Shown: positions 59,788 through 64,000 of the stretch, piece after piece | Numbering within the stretch: the first letter of the stretch is position 1 | Layout of the letters: each line of letters begins with the position of its first letter | Assembly: GCA_046497075.1 (NCBI GenBank) | Contig: JAWOGF010000054.1 | Location: forward strand, 3,371 to 67,370 | Direction: 5' to 3' | Origin: Candidatus Saliniplasma sp. | GTDB taxonomy: Archaea > Thermoplasmatota > Thermoplasmata > Halarchaeoplasmatales > Halarchaeoplasmataceae | DNA length: 64,000 nucleotides | Notes under the pieces: model-generated | The model's database searches: none | What the model was told of the DNA's origin: nothing | The model's input: only the letters and a program-made list of their open reading frames with translations | Position numbers and translations under genes: made by a program

Positions 59788-59802
59788 CTCTCACACATCC
59801 AA

Positions 59803-60444
59803 TTATTTTTCAGTGAATTTTATCTTGATTTCATCGATATCCCAGAGATGTTCCAACTTTTCCATGATATCTTCCTTGATGGCATTGGCGAATTGATGGT
59901 CCTCAGCAAGATCTACTTTAAGTGAGATGATCCCATCTTTCACATCTATATCACCAATAAGGTCAGTTTTGACTACATCAAGCCCCGTCATGGGGTTCAT
60001 CACATGCCTCAGTCTCTTCTCAACGATTTCCTCTGTTGTTGGTTCCTCTTCTTTTACCAGACCATGCCTTTCTTCATAATCCGCGATAGCTGCCTGCAGT
60101 CCTTCTACGGCTAAAACGGAACAATGAGTTTTCATATCCGGTAAACCACCTAATTCATCTGCAGCGTCATTCCAGGTGATATTTTTTGCTTCATCGATAG
60201 TCTTTCCCTTAGCCATCTCTGTGATTATAGAGCCAGTTGCGATGTTCGATGCACAACCATAAGATTCGAATTTTATATCAGTTATCTCTTTAGTTTCATC
60301 ATCTACATTTATGTAAACTGATACCATGTCACCACAAGCTGGGCTCCCTTCTTTTGCCTTACCGTCTGCATCTTCTATCTTTCCAACATTTTTAGGATTT
60401 TTGAAGTATTCGATTACTTTTTCAGTATATGGTAAATCTGCCAT
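59803..60444 (-). CDS. iscU: IscU/NifU-N Fe-S scaffold fused to a DUF59/FeS_assembly_P-like domain
   Basis: PKNVG, ACGD, YGCAS, KTHCS; C-terminal LRHVMNPMTGLDVV..DLIGDI. Confidence 0.88.
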   Translation of the reverse strand: MADLPYTEKVIEYFKNPKNVGKIEDADGKAKEGSPACGDMVSVYINVDDETKEITDIKFESYGCASNIATGSIITEMAKGKTIDEAKNITWNDAADELGGLPDMKTHCSVLAVEGLQAAIADYEERHGLVKEEEPTTEEIVEKRLRHVMNPMTGLDVVKTDLIGDIDVKDGIISLKVDLAEDHQFANAIKEDIMEKLEHLWDIDEIKIKFTEK

Positions 60445-60474
60445 GTTCTTACCTCCTTTTCATCATTTTAATAT

Positions 60475-61641
60475 CTATTTATCTTTTCCTAAAGGACTTA
60501 TCTCTCTTAATCTTTCTACAACTTCACTTATAGCTTCTACGGTTCTATCAACATCTTCCATCGTATTATATCTTCCAAAGCTAAATCTAACTGACCCGTG
60601 AGCCCTTTCATGGTCCCCACCGATACCCATTATGACATGACTCGCTTCTAAAGACTTGCTGAAACAGGCCGAACCGGTGCTCACGGAAAAGCCTCTCATA
60701 TCCATGTGGAGTGTTATAGATTCACCTTCGACGTAATGGAATGTAATATTTGCATTATGTGGTGTTCTTTCCTTTGCAGGTCCGTTTAAAGTTGTATCGG
60801 AAATTTTATTCTGTATTTTCTTTATAAGTGCATCCCTCATGCCTTTTAGCCTTTCATTCTCTTCTTCAGTCACGAGTTCAACGGCTTTTGCGAATCCCAC
60901 GGCACCTGGGATATTTTCGACACCTGCTCTACGATTGTTTTCCTGAAAACCACCATCCATCAATTTTCCTAGATCAGTTCCATCTTTGACATAAAGTGCT
61001 CCAATACTTTTTGGGCCGTGAATAGTATGTGCTGACAAGGTCATCAAATCTATTGGAGTTTTACTAACATCGATTGGTAGCTTTTTGAATGTATGAGTTG
61101 CATCGGTGTGAAATAGAACATCATTCTGGTCACATATTTTACTTATTTCTTCGATGTCCTGAACTGTTCCGATCTCTTGGTTCCCGTGCTGTATCGATAC
61201 TAATCCAGTTCTCTCATTGACTGCATCATCCAATTCGTCAACATCTACAAAACCTTTATTGTCAACTTCGAGAAACGTAACTTCGTATCCCTCTTTTTCT
61301 AATCTTTGGGCACTTTTTAGAACGGGAAAATCCTCTATTTTACTAGTGATTATATGATTTTTATCTTCAGGCAGTTTCTTAGCTACACCTTTCAAAGCTA
61401 GATTGCTTGCTTCCGTCCCACATGACGTAAATATCATCTCTTCGGGACTAGCTCCAATATTATCTGCTATAGTGCTCCTAGCATCTTCCAAACCCTCTTT
61501 TGCTTTGATCCCAAGAGAATATCCAAATTCAGAACTAGCTACGGCATATTTCTCGAACAAGTAAGGTTTCATAACCTCTAAAACCCTTTCATCCATCCTC
61601 GTACTTGAACTGTTATCTAGATATACTGTTTCTTCCTTCAT
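60475..61641 (-). CDS. iscS: IscS/NifS-like protein lacking the PLP Schiff-base lysine
   Basis: YLDNSSST, FTSCGTEASN, NQEIG, STGSAC retained; SAHK changed to SAHT and EH changed to ED. Confidence 0.88.
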   Translation of the reverse strand: MKEETVYLDNSSSTRMDERVLEVMKPYLFEKYAVASSEFGYSLGIKAKEGLEDARSTIADNIGASPEEMIFTSCGTEASNLALKGVAKKLPEDKNHIITSKIEDFPVLKSAQRLEKEGYEVTFLEVDNKGFVDVDELDDAVNERTGLVSIQHGNQEIGTVQDIEEISKICDQNDVLFHTDATHTFKKLPIDVSKTPIDLMTLSAHTIHGPKSIGALYVKDGTDLGKLMDGGFQENNRRAGVENIPGAVGFAKAVELVTEEENERLKGMRDALIKKIQNKISDTTLNGPAKERTPHNANITFHYVEGESITLHMDMRGFSVSTGSACFSKSLEASHVIMGIGGDHERAHGSVRFSFGRYNTMEDVDRTVEAISEVVERLREISPLGKDK

Positions 61642-61650
61642 CTTTTCACC

Positions 61651-62070
61651 TCATATAAACAGTGTTATATCAGATTCTTTCGCCTCTTTTATATAAGTTC
61701 CTACAGCGCAGTAATCTGAGATGATTTCATCCCTTAAATCTTTTTTTTCAACGCCCATTATCTCCATGGTCATATCACAAGCCAATATCTTACCCCCTAA
61801 TTCCACAAAGTCATCCATCATCTCTTCTAATTCTCTTACATTAGAGTTCTTCATCTTTCTCTTCATTATCCATTTACCTAATCCAAGAAAATTCATTTTA
61901 GAAAGAGGACCCTTGTCTAATTTTCCTTTCTTCAATCTTTCAAGCCCCCAGAATGTAAAATACATCGAAACCTCCATCCCCATGGAAAGTGCTCCATTAG
62001 CGATTATGAAAGCGCTGTAAATTTTATCAAAATCACCACTTTGAATTATGAGGGTGGTTTTTTCTGTCAA
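61651..62070 (-). CDS. DsrE/DsrF-like (DsrE2-type) sulfur carrier
   Basis: YFTFWGL, ILACDMTMEIMG, final LFI. Confidence 0.85.
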   Translation of the reverse strand: MTEKTTLIIQSGDFDKIYSAFIIANGALSMGMEVSMYFTFWGLERLKKGKLDKGPLSKMNFLGLGKWIMKRKMKNSNVRELEEMMDDFVELGGKILACDMTMEIMGVEKKDLRDEIISDYCAVGTYIKEAKESDITLFI

Positions 62071-62074
62071 TATT

Positions 62075-62323
62075 TCACACCTCTACAGGTATTTTGATTT
62101 TGATGATCCAATTTTTTCCATCTTCCTCAATACCTAACAATTCTAAGCCCAATGATTCTACAGCCATCGGTATTTCTTTTTTGGAAGGTGGATGATTCCC
62201 CTCAATGATAAGGACGTCTCCCGGTTTAGCCTTTCGTACTGCCTTCCTCGTCTCCACTAAAGGAACCGGACAAGTCTCCCCTTTGACATCAACTTTTTTT
62301 TCGGCCATTTTAATCTTCTCCAT
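62075..62323 (-). CDS. tusA: TusA/SirA-family sulfur carrier
   Basis: VDVKGETCPVPLV (CPxP); alternative start at 62308. Confidence 0.88.
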   Translation of the reverse strand: MEKIKMAEKKVDVKGETCPVPLVETRKAVRKAKPGDVLIIEGNHPPSKKEIPMAVESLGLELLGIEEDGKNWIIKIKIPVEV

Positions 62324-62441
62324 ATGTTATAGTACATATTTATGGTATTTATGGGCTCATGCTGGTAAATTAAATATTTTGATTCCCACACTTTTGAATT
62401 CTTATAATATACTCTACATGTTAATACATTAATGTTTTGGT

Positions 62442-62807
62442 ATGCTAGTTTCAGACCTAGATAGATTTTCAAAACATATAATTATACCCTTGATGCTATG
62501 GTTAGTCGATAATGTGGAAAAATCTGAAGGTGAAGATGAAGGCAAAGGATTAACAGCTATCAGTGAACATCTCGAAACAGACGACGTGATGAAAAAATAT
62601 ATCATAGAGATAATCAAAGAAGAGATCGAAGATAAGGCCATCAAGAAAATGAACATAGGTGACGAGGATAGTTTAGAAGATGTGAAAAAAGCAGTTTCTC
62701 TATACATAGAGGCGAAGATAAAAGAGTACTCTGCTTATTCCCTTCTTCTAAAATCTGGTAGTGGTCTTGCTTTGAAAATATTACTCTCCAGGCTAAAAAA
62801 CAAGTGA
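62442..62807 (+). CDS. Hypothetical protein
   Basis: 121-aa ORF with host-like charged composition; no recognised motif. Confidence 0.5.
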   Translation: MLVSDLDRFSKHIIIPLMLWLVDNVEKSEGEDEGKGLTAISEHLETDDVMKKYIIEIIKEEIEDKAIKKMNIGDEDSLEDVKKAVSLYIEAKIKEYSAYSLLLKSGSGLALKILLSRLKNK

Positions 62808-62888
62808 GAATGTATATCAAGAATGAATACACTTGTATCGTGATGCAAAAGTTTTAATACCTAATCCCAAATTCAGTTTTGAAAAGTG

Positions 62889-64000
62889 ATGGATAATGAT
62901 AAGTTTGAGTCACTCACGTGGTTATTAGGACTTTTGAAGGCTCTTATCAAAAAGCCCGGTGAGATATTTCGGGGTATGCGTCGCGAAGGGATCTATGCTT
63001 TTTTAAAAGAAAGGATGAAAAAACCGAGGAAAAACGAGATACTGGAAGGCAACGTATTTGCAGTCATGTTTAAGCTGGGCTGGCCTATGATGGTCGCCAC
63101 ATTTTTGAGAACTCTTTACAACCTTATTGACACTTTCTGGCTTGGTAGGATTGCAGATCCACAGGTTGCAGAATATTCCGTAACCGCAGTGGGTCAGGGA
63201 TGGACTGTTGTTTTTATGATGATGTCCATCGAGATGGGATTCGGTATCGCTGCGTTAGCTCTGATCTCTCAATATACCGGACAAAAAAATTTTAAAGAAG
63301 CTGATAGAACTGCTGGACAGTTATATTTCATAGCTATCACGGCTTCAATCCTGATCGGTGTATTTGGTTATTTTATGACCCCTACGTTTATGGACATTCT
63401 AGTGGGTGCTGGAGAGGATTCCGCCGCATTAGCTCACTACGGTACAATGTACATCCAGATAATATTCCTAGGCCTGCCGTTTATGTTCCTCTTTTTTGCA
63501 TTTATGTATACGCTTCGGGGGTGGGGTGATACGATCACACCGATGAAGATCACCGCCATCTCTGTTTCACTGAATATGATCATCAATCCTATACTCATCT
63601 TTGGATCTGGAACTATGCCTTTTCTTGGCATAACAATACCAGAACTACCATTATTTGGACCAGTGCCTGCCCTTGGAGTAAGAGGGGCGGCTATCGGAAC
63701 AATTATGAGTCGAGGGATCGGCTCAACATATGCGACCTACATGCTTTTCAAAGGAAAAGTAGGATTGAAACTAAAACTTTCTTATTTGAAACCGGACCTA
63801 TCTAGATTGAAGGAGTTTCTAAAAATTGGTGTACCGGCTGGCGTTGGTAGGTTTGGCACTTCTATAGGTTTCATTATTTTGTGGGCTGTTATATATAGAC
63901 TTCCGAATCCCGAAGTCGCTGGGGCAGCTTATAGTGTTGGCAACAGGATATTGAATATCACGTTTCTTATTATGGGCGGTTTCGCCATGGCTATAAGCAC
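62889..64000 (+). CDS. MATE-family efflux transporter/flippase (runs off the window end)
   Basis: Open frame from ATG 62889: ILEGNV..MFKLGWPMM..LYNLIDTFWLGR, SQYTG, LRGWGDTITPM, NMIINPILIFG, GVRGAAIGT. Confidence 0.88.
   Translation, partial: MDNDKFESLTWLLGLLKALIKKPGEIFRGMRREGIYAFLKERMKKPRKNEILEGNVFAVMFKLGWPMMVATFLRTLYNLIDTFWLGRIADPQVAEYSVTAVGQGWTVVFMMMSIEMGFGIAALALISQYTGQKNFKEADRTAGQLYFIAITASILIGVFGYFMTPTFMDILVGAGEDSAALAHYGTMYIQIIFLGLPFMFLFFAFMYTLRGWGDTITPMKITAISVSLNMIINPILIFGSGTMPFLGITIPELPLFGPVPALGVRGAAIGTIMSRGIGSTYATYMLFKGKVGLKLKLSYLKPDLSRLKEFLKIGVPAGVGRFGTSIGFIILWAVIYRLPNPEVAGAAYSVGNRILNITFLIMGGFAMAIS

Noticed and set aside
60475-61641. Calling the IscS-like gene a pseudogene
   Set aside because: Frame is intact and full length, the RBS is present, the catalytic-loop Cys and scaffold motifs are retained, and the substitutions cluster at the PLP site
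140-63631. Numerous 60-160 aa antisense ORFs overlapping well-supported genes (e.g. 3307-3795, 20630-21067, 31399-31866, 34391-34840)
   Set aside because: Ser/Phe/Ile-rich mirror translations typical of the reverse strand of Glu/Lys/Asp-rich genes; no motifs

Overview
AT-rich, gene-dense archaeal chromosome segment. The gene set (psmB-fttA, rpoK-rps2, PAN, eIF6-rpl31e-rpl39e-rps19e, TFB, DGGGP synthase, Elp3, MutS/MutL) and the very acidic exported protein suggest a salt- or alkali-adapted euryarchaeon, probably Thermoplasmatota; that placement is inference only. Most of the window is housekeeping. Two tRNAs are present: an intron-containing initiator Met and Val-GAC. Several real small ORFs are missing from the ORF track (rpl39e, two Cys-rich microproteins, a 2-TM peptide, and a MATE gene cut by the window end). 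Main findings: (1) a 1368-aa secreted protein combining an intact peptidoglycan amidase (Amidase_3) and a GH18 glycosidase, with nested domain insertions, a candidate antibacterial enzyme; (2) a tusA-dsrE-iscS-iscU/DUF59 operon whose IscS has lost the PLP Lys and His but keeps the persulfide Cys; (3) an unannotated three-hairpin H/ACA-type guide RNA. Also notable are a ModE-Nudix fusion, a THUMP-less ThiI, and a dtxR-feoB-Cys-rich-dtxR/feoA iron operon with a candidate operator. No CRISPR array, transposase or integrase was seen. All calls come from reading motifs by eye; no database searches were run.
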